This document shows, one piece after another, positions 1-8,935 of a stretch of DNA of 64,000 bases. Every line of letters starts with the position of its first letter. The first letter of the stretch is position 1. Under the pieces are notes generated by a model. That model was not told where the DNA came from. It did no database searches and worked only from the letters and a program-made list of their open reading frames with translations. This stretch comes from Myxococcales bacterium (GTDB taxonomy: Bacteria > Myxococcota_A > Polyangia > Polyangiales > DASUME01): contig JASGJH010000001.1 in NCBI GenBank assembly GCA_047601445.1, positions 7,136,001 to 7,200,000 on the forward strand, given 5' to 3'. The translations under genes were made by a program, and so were the position numbers.

Positions 1-39
1 CTCAGCCAGTGGGCGCTATCATGGCGCCCGGTAAGAGTC

Positions 40-1137
40 ATGACTTGGTTGAACAGTCTCCTGGATACGGCCGGATTCCCCGCGCGGTGGCACTGCGGCA
101 ACTGGACACCCCTGCACGGTTGGCTTCACGTGTCGGCCGACTTGCTGGTGTTCGGCGCCTACGCCGCGATCCCGGTGGCGCTCGTGTACTTCATCCGCAA
201 GCGCAGCGACGTTCCGTTCTTGCCCATCTTGTGGCTGTTCGCCGCGTTCATTCTGGCCTGCGGCTTCGGACATCTGGTCGACGCCACCATCTTTTGGGCA
301 CCGCGTTACCGGCTCCTGACGGGCTCGAAGCTCATCACGGCCCTGGTCTCCTGGACCACCGTCATCGCGCTCGTACGCGTGTTGCCCAAGGCGCTGGCCC
401 TGCACGCAGACCTGGATCGACGCGTGCAAGATCGTACCGCCGAGCTCTCCGCCATGCTCGTGGAGCGCGAGGTGCTGCTGCGTGAAGTCCACCACCGCGT
501 GAAGAACAACCTGCAAATGATCCTGAGTCTGATCAACCTCCAGCGTCGTCGAGTCTCCGATGGAGCGGGCGAAGAGGCTCTCGGCTTGTGCGCCTCGCGC
601 GTGCTCGCCATCGCCCAAGTGCACGAGCTCCTCTACGAGACCAAGAATGCCTCGCGCATCCCACTGGCGGCCTACGTGCGGGGGCTGGTGAGCGGCCTCG
701 ACGGGGGCGTCGGACTCCTGCCCAAGGTGAACATCGAGACCGACGTGGACGATGTGATGGTGTCCGTGGAGAGCGGTGTGCCCTGTGGGCTCATCCTCAA
801 TGAACTTCTGGCCAACGCCATCAAGCATGCCTTTCCCGGCGAGCGCCGGGGGACCATTAGCGTCTCCGTGCGCCGCTCGGCACCGGGTGAGCTCACCCTT
901 CAGGTGCGCGACGACGGCGTCGGCCTGCCACCGGACTTCGACACTAGGCCCGGCAATTCTCTTGGGCTCAGCATCGTGCGCCGGTTGGCCAGCCAGTTGA
1001 AGGGCGAGCTCACTATCTCGCGCGAGCAGGGCACCACGTTTCGGGTCTCGTTCCCCGCGCAAGACCTGGTGCTGCGCGGTGAGGGGAGCGCGCCCCCTGT
1101 ATCCACGAACGTTCGACTGGAGGCCGCACTGCCATGA
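40..1137 (+). CDS. Membrane sensor histidine kinase (HisKA_2/HWE-like) with N-terminal ETR1-like ethylene-binding domain
   Basis: Three hydrophobic helices carrying SADLLVFGAYAAIP...FILACGFGH...KLITALVS; H-box EVHHRVKNNLQ; N-box NELLANAIKHAF; G-boxes DDGVG and SLGLSIV. Confidence 0.92.
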   Translation: MTWLNSLLDTAGFPARWHCGNWTPLHGWLHVSADLLVFGAYAAIPVALVYFIRKRSDVPFLPILWLFAAFILACGFGHLVDATIFWAPRYRLLTGSKLITALVSWTTVIALVRVLPKALALHADLDRRVQDRTAELSAMLVEREVLLREVHHRVKNNLQMILSLINLQRRRVSDGAGEEALGLCASRVLAIAQVHELLYETKNASRIPLAAYVRGLVSGLDGGVGLLPKVNIETDVDDVMVSVESGVPCGLILNELLANAIKHAFPGERRGTISVSVRRSAPGELTLQVRDDGVGLPPDFDTRPGNSLGLSIVRRLASQLKGELTISREQGTTFRVSFPAQDLVLRGEGSAPPVSTNVRLEAALP

Positions 1138-1778
1138 ATAGCGAGTTGTCACGCTTCGAGGAAAGTCCAGGCCGCGTCATGATCGTCGAGGACGATCGTC
1201 TGGTCGCCCTCGATCTGGAGACCATGTTGGAGGGCTTCGGTTTCAAGCTGTGCCCGACGGCCCACTCGGCCGAGGACGCGCTGGACATCGCCCACCGTCA
1301 TCAGCCCGACCTGGTGCTGATGGACATTCGCCTGGAAGGCGAGATGGACGGGATCACCGCGGCTTCCGTGCTGAGCGAGAAGCTGGGCATCCAGGTGGTC
1401 TACTTGACCGCCCACTCGGATCTCTCCACCGTGAACCGCGCCAAGGAGACGCATCCTTACGGGTATCTGCTGAAGCCCGTGCGCGCCCTCGACCTGCGCT
1501 GCTGTCTGGAGGTAGCCCTGCACAAGGCGCGGCACTCGCCGCACTCGTCCGGCAGCGAGTCCAAGACGGTCTCGTCGACCCTGCTCAACGGGCTCAGCGC
1601 CCGCGAAGTCGAGGTGCTCGGGCTGATCGCGCGCGGCCACACCAGCAAGGACATCGCCCAGGTCCTCAACATCGCCAAGCCCACCGTGGACACCTACCGC
1701 AGCCGCCTGGCCGACAAGCTCGGCGTGCGCAGTCGCAGCGAACTGGTGGCCATCGCGGGCCGAGCCGGCCTCTTGTAG
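1134..1778 (+). CDS. Response regulator, REC plus C-terminal LuxR-type HTH
   Basis: IVEDD, LVLMDI (phospho-acceptor), YLTAH, LLKP; LSAREVEVLGLIARGHTSKDIAQVLNIAKPTV; ATGA overlap with the kinase stop. Confidence 0.93.
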   Translation: MNSELSRFEESPGRVMIVEDDRLVALDLETMLEGFGFKLCPTAHSAEDALDIAHRHQPDLVLMDIRLEGEMDGITAASVLSEKLGIQVVYLTAHSDLSTVNRAKETHPYGYLLKPVRALDLRCCLEVALHKARHSPHSSGSESKTVSSTLLNGLSAREVEVLGLIARGHTSKDIAQVLNIAKPTVDTYRSRLADKLGVRSRSELVAIAGRAGLL

Positions 1779-2004
1779 AGCACCCCCTAGTACTCCGAAA
1801 ACGCCCTGAAACGTTGGCGATTTCGCCGGAAAACGGGCGGACAGCACATTTTTGTCCGCTTTTCCGACGCGATTGTCGAGACCGGGTCCTTCGGCGTTGG
1901 AACGACTCACGAATTCCTCGAATCGACCGGGCCTCCAGGGTGGCATGCGGCGTGCGATGAGCGGCTTCAGACATCCGTCGCCACCCTTCGCCATCAGGTC
2001 CACC

Positions 2005-2202
2005 ATGCCTCCGTTCACGTCGATCGATGCGGCCTCCTTCCTCGGCTACGCGACCTTCGCCTGGGCCCTCTTCGTCAGCGCGGCCCTGCTTTCGCCGCCC
2101 GTCGCCGACGAGCCACGACCGGCCTCGGCCCGCACGCGCACCCTGGCCAAGCTGGCCCGCAGACGCAGCAGCTTGGCTCCGCGCGAACCGCGCCACGACT
2201 GA
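2005..2202 (+). CDS. Small hypothetical protein with one hydrophobic helix
   Basis: ATG at 2005; MPPFTSIDAASFLGYATFAWALFVSAALLSPP followed by a basic tail; GC3-rich codons. Confidence 0.4.
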   Translation: MPPFTSIDAASFLGYATFAWALFVSAALLSPPVADEPRPASARTRTLAKLARRRSSLAPREPRHD

Positions 2203-2338
2203 AGACCGCGAACCACCGCACTGGTCACGCAGGCGGATGAGCGCTTACCTCGGTCACTTGTAATTACTTGTCTCGCTTCCATAGCGAGCGTGCGATCGGT
2301 GCCCACTCAAAGGGCGATCCATGCCGAAGGAGGCACCC

Positions 2339-3073
2339 ATGAATGCCAAGCATTTCACGGCGCTTGCCCTGTGTTCCGGGCTCTTGGCCTGCAACAGCGG
2401 GAAGCAGCTGGAGCGAGCCGAGGAGACGCAAGCGGAGCACGCCCAGAGCGCGGCGGAGAAGCAAGCCGAGCTCGACAGCAAGCAACGAGACCAGCAGCAG
2501 AGGTTGTCGCGCGATATCGCAGAAGAGAACAAAGACCTCAAGAACGAGGAGATCAAGACCGAGGACCAGATGGCGAACACGGCCGAGCGGGCGGCCAACA
2601 AGCTCAACGCCGAGCAAGCCGAATACAACGAAGATCGCGTGAAGGTCGGCACCGACCAGGCGATGAAGCGCGAGGATCTCAACGAAGAGCAGCAAGAGCA
2701 GCGCGCCAAGCTCGACAAGAAGCTCGCCGACCAGCGCAGCGAGGACGCCGAGCGCGTTCAGAAGGCCGAGGCCAAGGTCCAGGAGCGGCGCAACGAGATC
2801 GCCAAGGATTCGCGCGAGCAACTCACGGACCTCGATCAGCGCACCGTGAGTGTGCGCAACAAGGTCGCCGATGCCGCGGACGCCGAGACGCGCGACAAGG
2901 CGAACAAGGAGCTGGCGGCCGTGCCGGCCCAGCGCGATGCCATCGAGCGAGACATCGAAGCCCTCGACACCATCAAGGCCGAGAACCTGAGCCGCGCCCG
3001 GTCGCAGCTCAAAGATCGTCTGTCGAACCTGGACGACACGCTCGACCGCGCCGAGAACGACCTGGTGCGCTGA
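2339..3073 (+). CDS. Coiled-coil lipoprotein
   Basis: GGAGG before ATG 2339; lipobox LLAC; E/K/Q/A-rich helical body. Confidence 0.85.
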   Translation: MNAKHFTALALCSGLLACNSGKQLERAEETQAEHAQSAAEKQAELDSKQRDQQQRLSRDIAEENKDLKNEEIKTEDQMANTAERAANKLNAEQAEYNEDRVKVGTDQAMKREDLNEEQQEQRAKLDKKLADQRSEDAERVQKAEAKVQERRNEIAKDSREQLTDLDQRTVSVRNKVADAADAETRDKANKELAAVPAQRDAIERDIEALDTIKAENLSRARSQLKDRLSNLDDTLDRAENDLVR

Positions 3074-3283
3074 CGAAGGTGCCGAGCGCGCGGCGCGAGA
3101 GCGAGCCCCGGCATCGCCTCCTCGGCCCATTTCGTGTTCGGGCCTCGAAACGCTGTGCCGTCACTGCGCCGGTTCGTGAGCGAAGCGGACCCGCGCTGAG
3201 GCGAGACCGCGGGAAGGTCGCGTGAGCTCCCCGCGATAAGCCGCGACGGCGGGGAAGTCGCATGGCCCCCCTGTGATAAGCGT

Positions 3284-3718
3284 CTAGCTGAGGCGCTTCT
3301 TGAGCGCGCTGATCGCATCGTGGGTCCGCTTCTGCTCGGGTAGCAGCCGCGTCTCCACGAGCTGACGCGCTTCGATGTCCAGGTCCTTCATGTCCCGTCG
3401 GTAGTCGTCTCGCCCGTGGTCTTCGCCCTCCTCGAGCACGGCGATGGCGGTCTTCTCTCCGAGTGCCGTCGCCGTTCCTTCCACAGCCATGGCAAATTGC
3501 CCCCACAGCCCCGACGTCTGTGCCGGCGTGCCGCCACGAGGCCTGATCTCATCCGACAGCTCGGAGACGCGCGTGGAGTGGGATTGCTCGCACGCCTGCA
3601 GGATGGCCTGGTGTGACGGAAGCTTCTTGATCGCCTGCCGATACGCCTCGACCGCCGACAGCTCACCGCGCAGGAACGAGTTCAAGTGGTTCACGGTGTC
3701 GATATTCGTGGCTGCCAT
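3284..3718 (-). CDS. DUF2383/PA2169-like ferritin-like four-helix-bundle protein
   Basis: GGAGG RBS; LNSFLRGELSAVEAY...H, EEGEDHG...Y, EQKRTHD. Confidence 0.85.
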   Translation of the reverse strand: MAATNIDTVNHLNSFLRGELSAVEAYRQAIKKLPSHQAILQACEQSHSTRVSELSDEIRPRGGTPAQTSGLWGQFAMAVEGTATALGEKTAIAVLEEGEDHGRDDYRRDMKDLDIEARQLVETRLLPEQKRTHDAISALKKRLS

Positions 3719-4154
3719 GGTTCCTCCTGGGGTTTGGAACAGGTTCACCACAGCTCGCATCAACTGGGCCAAGGTCGCAGCCGCGCCCATCCCGCGTCGC
3801 ACGCGACTTGGCCGTCTCTCGAGGGCTGCGAGGGAGGTGCGGCGCAGGTCGTGTCAGCCGCTTGCGTACGTGTGCGCCAAACGTCTCCCGCCGCCGCCAG
3901 AACGCGAGACCGTCAGATCTTCCAGACTCTCTCCGCGCTGACTCGCCGTCGTGCAGAGTTGGTTTCGATTGCTTCGTGTTTGCAACGCGGCGCTGCTCGA
4001 ACGCCCGTTGTGGTCACTGGCGGCGGAGTTTTACTCTTGTTTTGCTATGCGAATCGTCGCCGCGATTACACGCGCGAGGGGGGTCGATGGCCGCGCGTAG
4101 TGCCTGCGAGGTTGCATCTTGCAATGCGCGAATGAGGCTGATTGAATTTACAGC

Positions 4155-4586
4155 ATGAGCTTCCCCCGTCGCATGGGGCCAGCCCTCGCGCTGGCCACAC
4201 TGATCTCGTTTACCCACGTCGCGTCTTCGCACGCCGACGACATCACCAGCGGCAGCAGTGCACCCGCCGCAGAACTCACCATCAGTGCACCTGCCACCAT
4301 CGATGCCAACTGGTACACCGGCGGTACGCTGCACAAGGCGACCGCTCGCGAGTGGCTCCAGGGCAGCACGCAAAATCAGCTGGCCACCGCCTCTGATTGG
4401 GTGCTTACGTCCAAGGACCAGAAAGCCAAGGTTGACGCCGCAGCAGGCAACATGAGCCTGGTGCTGCCTTCGGCCGACAAACTTCGTCAGTGCATCAACG
4501 CGGCGCTACGACGCCACTCGGACCTGTACTCGAGCATGCCAGCGTCCGACATCGCCATGACCTGCATGATCACGCTCAAGATCTGA
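4155..4586 (+). CDS. Secreted hypothetical protein
   Basis: Signal peptide ending SHA; WYTGGTLH...W...QLATASDW block; two C-terminal Cys. Confidence 0.75.
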   Translation: MSFPRRMGPALALATLISFTHVASSHADDITSGSSAPAAELTISAPATIDANWYTGGTLHKATAREWLQGSTQNQLATASDWVLTSKDQKAKVDAAAGNMSLVLPSADKLRQCINAALRRHSDLYSSMPASDIAMTCMITLKI

Positions 4587-4628
4587 TACCTCGCTCCTGA
4601 ATCGGGTGGCGGGGGCCTCCGAACGAAA

Positions 4629-5129
4629 TCACTTCTTCGCGCTACGTGCGACCTGGGCGGCCGTCTTGAGCCAGCCGCGCACGGCAGCCAGCGGTAGCTC
4701 CTCGAGCGACGTCAGCTTGAGGTGGCGGCCTGTTTTTCCTTCGCCCGTGAGGCGCTGCTCCGGGTCGGCGTAGGTTCCGGGCGGACCGGATAGAATCAGG
4801 TTTACATGGGCCTTGTGCGCGCCGAGCGCGCACACCGTGGCGCCGCCAATCGAGTAGAAGGGCATGCCCCACTTGAGCGAAGACTCGGCCTCGGGCGCAG
4901 CTTTGTCGACCAGCTCACGCAGTTTTTCCAGGATGGCGCGCAGCGGGGGCGGCTGCTTGGCGAAGAAGGCGTCGATGGGTGCGCCGAAGTCTGCCCGCGC
5001 CATGGGGCGCGCGCGCTTGGTTTTGGCGGGGGATTGGGCCTTGGCGGCGGGACGCTTGACGCTCGACGTCTTGCTCGGCCGCTTGGCGGGGGCTTTTTTC
5101 GCCGTGGTTTTCGCGGGGCTGCCCTTCAC
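4629..5129 (-). CDS. DUF1801 (YdhG-like) protein with Lys/Ala-rich N-terminal tail
   Basis: LRELV..AAPEAESSLKWGMPFY...AHKAHVNL...GEGKTGRHLK; N-terminus AKTTAKKAPAK. Confidence 0.85.
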   Translation of the reverse strand: MKGSPAKTTAKKAPAKRPSKTSSVKRPAAKAQSPAKTKRARPMARADFGAPIDAFFAKQPPPLRAILEKLRELVDKAAPEAESSLKWGMPFYSIGGATVCALGAHKAHVNLILSGPPGTYADPEQRLTGEGKTGRHLKLTSLEELPLAAVRGWLKTAAQVARSAKK

Positions 5130-5393
5130 GGGCCAAGCCTGGCACGCGGCGATGGCGGCGCGCCACCGATTGGCACCATGGTTGGACCACCGCTGTTTTG
5201 CCCCGACCTGAGGACAAAGGTCGTTCCGCGGCGATGGGCTCTTTCCGAGCTCGGATGATCGGAGGGGATACGGAGTTGGCCGATTCGATTACACCAGCGC
5301 CCGCCCCCAACTCGGAGTAGCCCGAAAAACTAGGGTTGTCAGGCCCTTACAAGCGGTGCAAACCTGGCCATTCGTGTCTCAAGGGGGGGGTGC

Positions 5394-6797
5394 ATGAAGG
5401 CAGTCGAGCCGAGCGATCAGTTGTTTTTGTTCATCGAGCGCAGGCAACAGCCGATGCACGTGGGGGGCTTGCAGCTCTTCTCCCTGCCTGAGGGAGCGGG
5501 GCCCAAGTTCGTGCTCGACCTCGTGGAGCAACTGCGCGCCTTCCGTCATCCGTCGCCGCCCTTCAACAAGCGCTTGGTGTCGCGCTTCGGAGCTTCCTTC
5601 TGGGAAGAAGACACCGAGCTCGATCTGGACCTGCACTTGCGTCACGGCGCCCTGCCGCAGCCGGGCCGCGTGCGTGAGCTTCTGAGCTTGGTCTCCGCGG
5701 AGCACTCCATCTTGCTCGATCGCGAGCGCCCGCTCTGGGAGACGCACCTCATCGAGGGCCTCTCGCAGGGGCGCTTCGCCATGTACACCAAGGTCCACCA
5801 CGGCTTGATGGACGGCATCTCCGTGATGCGTCTCGGCATGCAAGCGCTCTCGCACGACCCGAACGAGCGCAATATGCCGCCCTTCTGGGCCCTCCCGCGC
5901 AAGCGCCGCATCCGCGACGCCGAAGCCAACGTCGGCTTCTACACGGACACCACAGCGCGCTACCTTGGGGCCACGCCGGCCGTGCTGCGCGAAGCCTTCA
6001 ACGTTTTCGTGCGCGCGCAGCGCAACCCGGACAGCGTGGGCTTGTATGCCGCGCCCCACTGCAAGCTGAGCGAGAAGATCACGGGCTCGCGCCGCGTGGC
6101 ATGTCAGTCCTATTCACTCACGCGGGTGAAGGCCATCGCCAAAGTGTTCGGCGCCACCGTGAACGACGTGGTGCTCGGGGTGTGCAGCAGCGCGCTGCGC
6201 GGCTACCTGATGAACCAGAACGCCCTGCCCGATAAGCCCCTGATCGCCATGGTGCCCATGTCCATCCGCAAGGACGACAGCGCCGGTGGCAATCAGTTCG
6301 CCGTCATCCTGACCAACCTCGGCACGCACCTGAGCGACCCGGTCGAGCGTCTGCGCGTGATCAAGAACTCGGTGGACGAAGCCAAGACGCGCTACGCCCA
6401 GATGAACAACGAGGAGAGCTCCACGTTCAGCGCAATGGCGCTGGCTCCCGTGCTCTACAACCTGTTCACCGGCCTCAGGCCCAAGTGGATGTCGTTCAAC
6501 GTGGTGATCTCCAACGTGCCTGGCCCCGAGAAGCCCCTCTATATGAACGGCGCGCGCCTCGAGGGCATGTATCCGGTGTCCATCGTGCACGACCACAACG
6601 CGCTGAACATCACCTTCACCAGCTATCGCGACCAGCTCGAGTTCGGCGTGGTCGGCTGCCGGCGCACGTTGCCCTCGATGCAGCGATTGCTGGACCACAT
6701 CGAGCGCGCCATCACCGAGTTCGAGCGCGCGGCCGGGCTCGGCGGCAAGTCGACGCCGGTCGAGAACGCCACCAAGTGGTCATTCCTCGACGCCTAG
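5394..6797 (+). CDS. Wax ester synthase/diacylglycerol acyltransferase (WS/DGAT)
   Basis: PMHVGGL, LDRERPLWE, catalytic HHGLMDG, TVNDVVL, NVVISNVPGP. Confidence 0.96.
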   Translation: MKAVEPSDQLFLFIERRQQPMHVGGLQLFSLPEGAGPKFVLDLVEQLRAFRHPSPPFNKRLVSRFGASFWEEDTELDLDLHLRHGALPQPGRVRELLSLVSAEHSILLDRERPLWETHLIEGLSQGRFAMYTKVHHGLMDGISVMRLGMQALSHDPNERNMPPFWALPRKRRIRDAEANVGFYTDTTARYLGATPAVLREAFNVFVRAQRNPDSVGLYAAPHCKLSEKITGSRRVACQSYSLTRVKAIAKVFGATVNDVVLGVCSSALRGYLMNQNALPDKPLIAMVPMSIRKDDSAGGNQFAVILTNLGTHLSDPVERLRVIKNSVDEAKTRYAQMNNEESSTFSAMALAPVLYNLFTGLRPKWMSFNVVISNVPGPEKPLYMNGARLEGMYPVSIVHDHNALNITFTSYRDQLEFGVVGCRRTLPSMQRLLDHIERAITEFERAAGLGGKSTPVENATKWSFLDA

Positions 6798-6811
6798 GCG
6801 TGGCTTTGCCG

Positions 6812-6914
6812 CCGTGCGCGTGCACGTGCACGTGCTCGAACATGGAAGCCCGGCTTTGCTTCGCCGTGGCGCTGACGAGCACGAGCACGCGGTGAAACGG
6901 GGAGTGCTACTCCC
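6812..6914. repeat. Hexamer-based inverted repeat plus a second hairpin between convergent genes
   Basis: CGTGCG-CGTGCA-CGTGCA-CGTGCTCG (6813-6838) pairs with CGAGCA-CGAGCA-CGCGG (6876-6892); GGGAGT-GCT-ACTCCC at 6900-6914. Confidence 0.6.
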
Positions 6915-6920
6915 GCATGA

Positions 6921-7325
6921 CTAAACCTCGCGCAGCCATGCCATGGCGTCGGCCACATTGGGAAAGCCCTTGATCAACGTGTTGGACGCGAGGCTTACGG
7001 TCGCGATGGCGAAGGCGATCGACTTCAGCTCGTGGGCGACTGCGATGCGGTGCAGACGAGCGTGGTAGTCGCGGAAGAAGTCGATGTGTGCCAGCGGGAA
7101 CTTGGGGCTGTAGCTGTGAAGCTCCATTGCCTCGAACAGCAGCGAGACCGGCCCGCTCTCGGCATCGATCAAGCGACTCAAGCTCGACAGATATGCAGTG
7201 TCATCCGCGGATAGATTGCCGACGCATTTGATCTCGACCATGCCGGGCGCGATCAAACGTGCTTGCGCTCGAGCGAGTGACTGACTTGCTTTGATCCCGG
7301 GCAACATGCCCGAGATGATACGCAA
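6921..7325 (-). CDS. STAS/SEC14 (SpoIIAA-like) domain protein
   Basis: GNLSADD...VSLLFEAMELHSY...RIAVA...FPNVADAMAWL; start uncertain. Confidence 0.7.
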   Translation of the reverse strand: MRIISGMLPGIKASQSLARAQARLIAPGMVEIKCVGNLSADDTAYLSSLSRLIDAESGPVSLLFEAMELHSYSPKFPLAHIDFFRDYHARLHRIAVAHELKSIAFAIATVSLASNTLIKGFPNVADAMAWLREV

Positions 7326-7425
7326 GACTCGCGCGCTGCCGAAAGGTCACAACTCGGTGAATCCGTGATGGGAAGGGCAAGCAACGCTTCGTGGTGATTT
7401 TGTCAGCACGCGCGAGCAGGTTGGG

Positions 7426-8205
7426 TCACGGATCTTGAAAGCCTTCGCGTCGATAGGTGAGCACGAGCGTATCGCGGTGCGGCTTGTCGACGCTCTCGCC
7501 ATCGGGCTGGATGGGCGTGGTCTCGTGGATCACGCGCTCGTCATCCAAAATCAGTACGGACCACGGCTCGCTCAGCGTGAAGCGCAAACCCTCGGGGCGG
7601 TGCGCGTCGAAAACCCGCGTCTCGCCGCCGCGGATATGGCTGCGAGCGATGAGGAACAGCGCCACGAAGTCCACGCCGTCGCGGTGGGCACCCTCGGGGG
7701 TGGGGCGGCCGATGCCATCGTCCGTGCCGATGCGGAACTGGTGAGCCTCGACGTACCAGCGTTGCCCTCGCTCCGCGTCGTCGCGCGAAGTCGCGACAGC
7801 GGGCTTGAGACGCGTGAAGAGCGCGCCCAGGCCGAGCAAGAGACGGCCGAAGGCGGGCGCCTCCTCGAGCGCGGGCTCGATGGGCGAAAACCAGCGACGC
7901 ATGCCCCCATGCAGCGCGTTGTACTGCGGAGGCTGAAAGTGTGCGCGATGCGTGACCCGTTCGCAGCGCTCGGCATGCACCACGTACGAGGCGTGTCGAC
8001 GACGTCGGTAGTGACCGCCGTCTTTCAGGTAGGGGTCCGTCGGCAGCTCATCCCACTCGCGGGCGAGCGCGCCGAGCACCTGCGTGTCCGCGGCGGCCAG
8101 CGCGTGCGTGAAGAGGCTATCGGCGACGGCGTAGCCCTGCCGACGCAAGGTGGCGGGCAGGGCATCGGGGGCGGTGAGTGGCGGGGCGAACTCGGGCAAC
8201 GACAT
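7426..8205 (-). CDS. 2OG-Fe(II) dioxygenase (2OG-Fe_Oxy_2/BsmA-like family)
   Basis: DPYLKDGGHYRRRRH, YNALHGG, PTPEGAHRDGVD (HxD), VIHETTPI, RDTLVLT. Confidence 0.9.
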   Translation of the reverse strand: MSLPEFAPPLTAPDALPATLRRQGYAVADSLFTHALAAADTQVLGALAREWDELPTDPYLKDGGHYRRRRHASYVVHAERCERVTHRAHFQPPQYNALHGGMRRWFSPIEPALEEAPAFGRLLLGLGALFTRLKPAVATSRDDAERGQRWYVEAHQFRIGTDDGIGRPTPEGAHRDGVDFVALFLIARSHIRGGETRVFDAHRPEGLRFTLSEPWSVLILDDERVIHETTPIQPDGESVDKPHRDTLVLTYRREGFQDP

Positions 8206-8220
8206 GGGAACTACTCGAGT

Positions 8221-8934
8221 TTACGATTCTCGCTTGTACTTGAGCTCGAGGTAGCGCTGCTGGGTGGCGAGCGCGCGCAGGTCCTGCTCGGACAACTGGG
8301 CCTCGAGCTGGGCCATTTGTTCGTCGATGGTAGCCAGGCCATCGATCACGTGGCGATCCGGGCTCTGACCACCGTGGCTCGGACGTGCGCGCAGGGCACG
8401 GGGGACCTTCTGGTAGCCCTCCACCAGCTCGGGCAGCTCCTCGGCGATCAACCTGCGCAACTCGAAGGCCTTGGGAGACTGCGGATCGAGCTTCTCGACC
8501 TGGGGCTGCAGCGTCTCCAGGCGCGCCAGGATGTTGCTGAGGCTGTTCTGGGCCGGCGCCGGTAAAGCCCAGCGCTGCTCCTCGAGCCAGGCCTCGGTGC
8601 GGGCAGGCAGCTCCTTCATGTCTCCGCTGGGCAGGACCCGCGGCGCCGGCTTGGAACGCAACCCGAAGTAGAGGATAGTGGTCCACGTCGCGAGCAAGAT
8701 GAGGGGCAGCGCGATTAGCCCTTCCACGCCGCGCGGGCCGAACAGCATGTGCGTGCTGATCATGCCTACCACGATCACGAAGGTGGACAGGGCGATCAGT
8801 CCGAGTAGCGTGACGAAGCGCTTGAGCAAGCGGCGGGCGCGCTTCTGCCTGCGTCGGGAGCGCTGCTGCGCCTCCTCGGAGAGCTGACGCACCAGGGCAG
8901 TGGCCGTTTCTACGATGCGCTCGATGCTCGACAT
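8221..8934 (-). CDS. Two-TM helical protein, TelA partner (XpaC/KlaA-like, inferred)
   Basis: Two TM helices, then LPELVEGY.KVP and LATQQRYLELKY; 1-nt gap to telA. Confidence 0.75.
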   Translation of the reverse strand: MSSIERIVETATALVRQLSEEAQQRSRRRQKRARRLLKRFVTLLGLIALSTFVIVVGMISTHMLFGPRGVEGLIALPLILLATWTTILYFGLRSKPAPRVLPSGDMKELPARTEAWLEEQRWALPAPAQNSLSNILARLETLQPQVEKLDPQSPKAFELRRLIAEELPELVEGYQKVPRALRARPSHGGQSPDRHVIDGLATIDEQMAQLEAQLSEQDLRALATQQRYLELKYKRES

Positions 8935-8935
8935 G

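Noticed and set aside
5171..5185. TGGCAC-N5-TTGG as a sigma-54 promoter for WS/DGAT
   Set aside because: Lacks the conserved -12 GC and lies about 210 bp from the start
7328..7416. Possible riboswitch or ncRNA closed by CTCGCGCG/CGCGCGAG
   Set aside because: No recognisable aptamer consensus; short GC stems arise by chance at this GC content
7426..8205. 2OG dioxygenase as an ethylene-forming enzyme partnering the receptor
   Set aside because: Motifs fit the 2OG-Fe_Oxy_2/BsmA-like family rather than EFE/ACC oxidase, and the gene belongs to the telA operon
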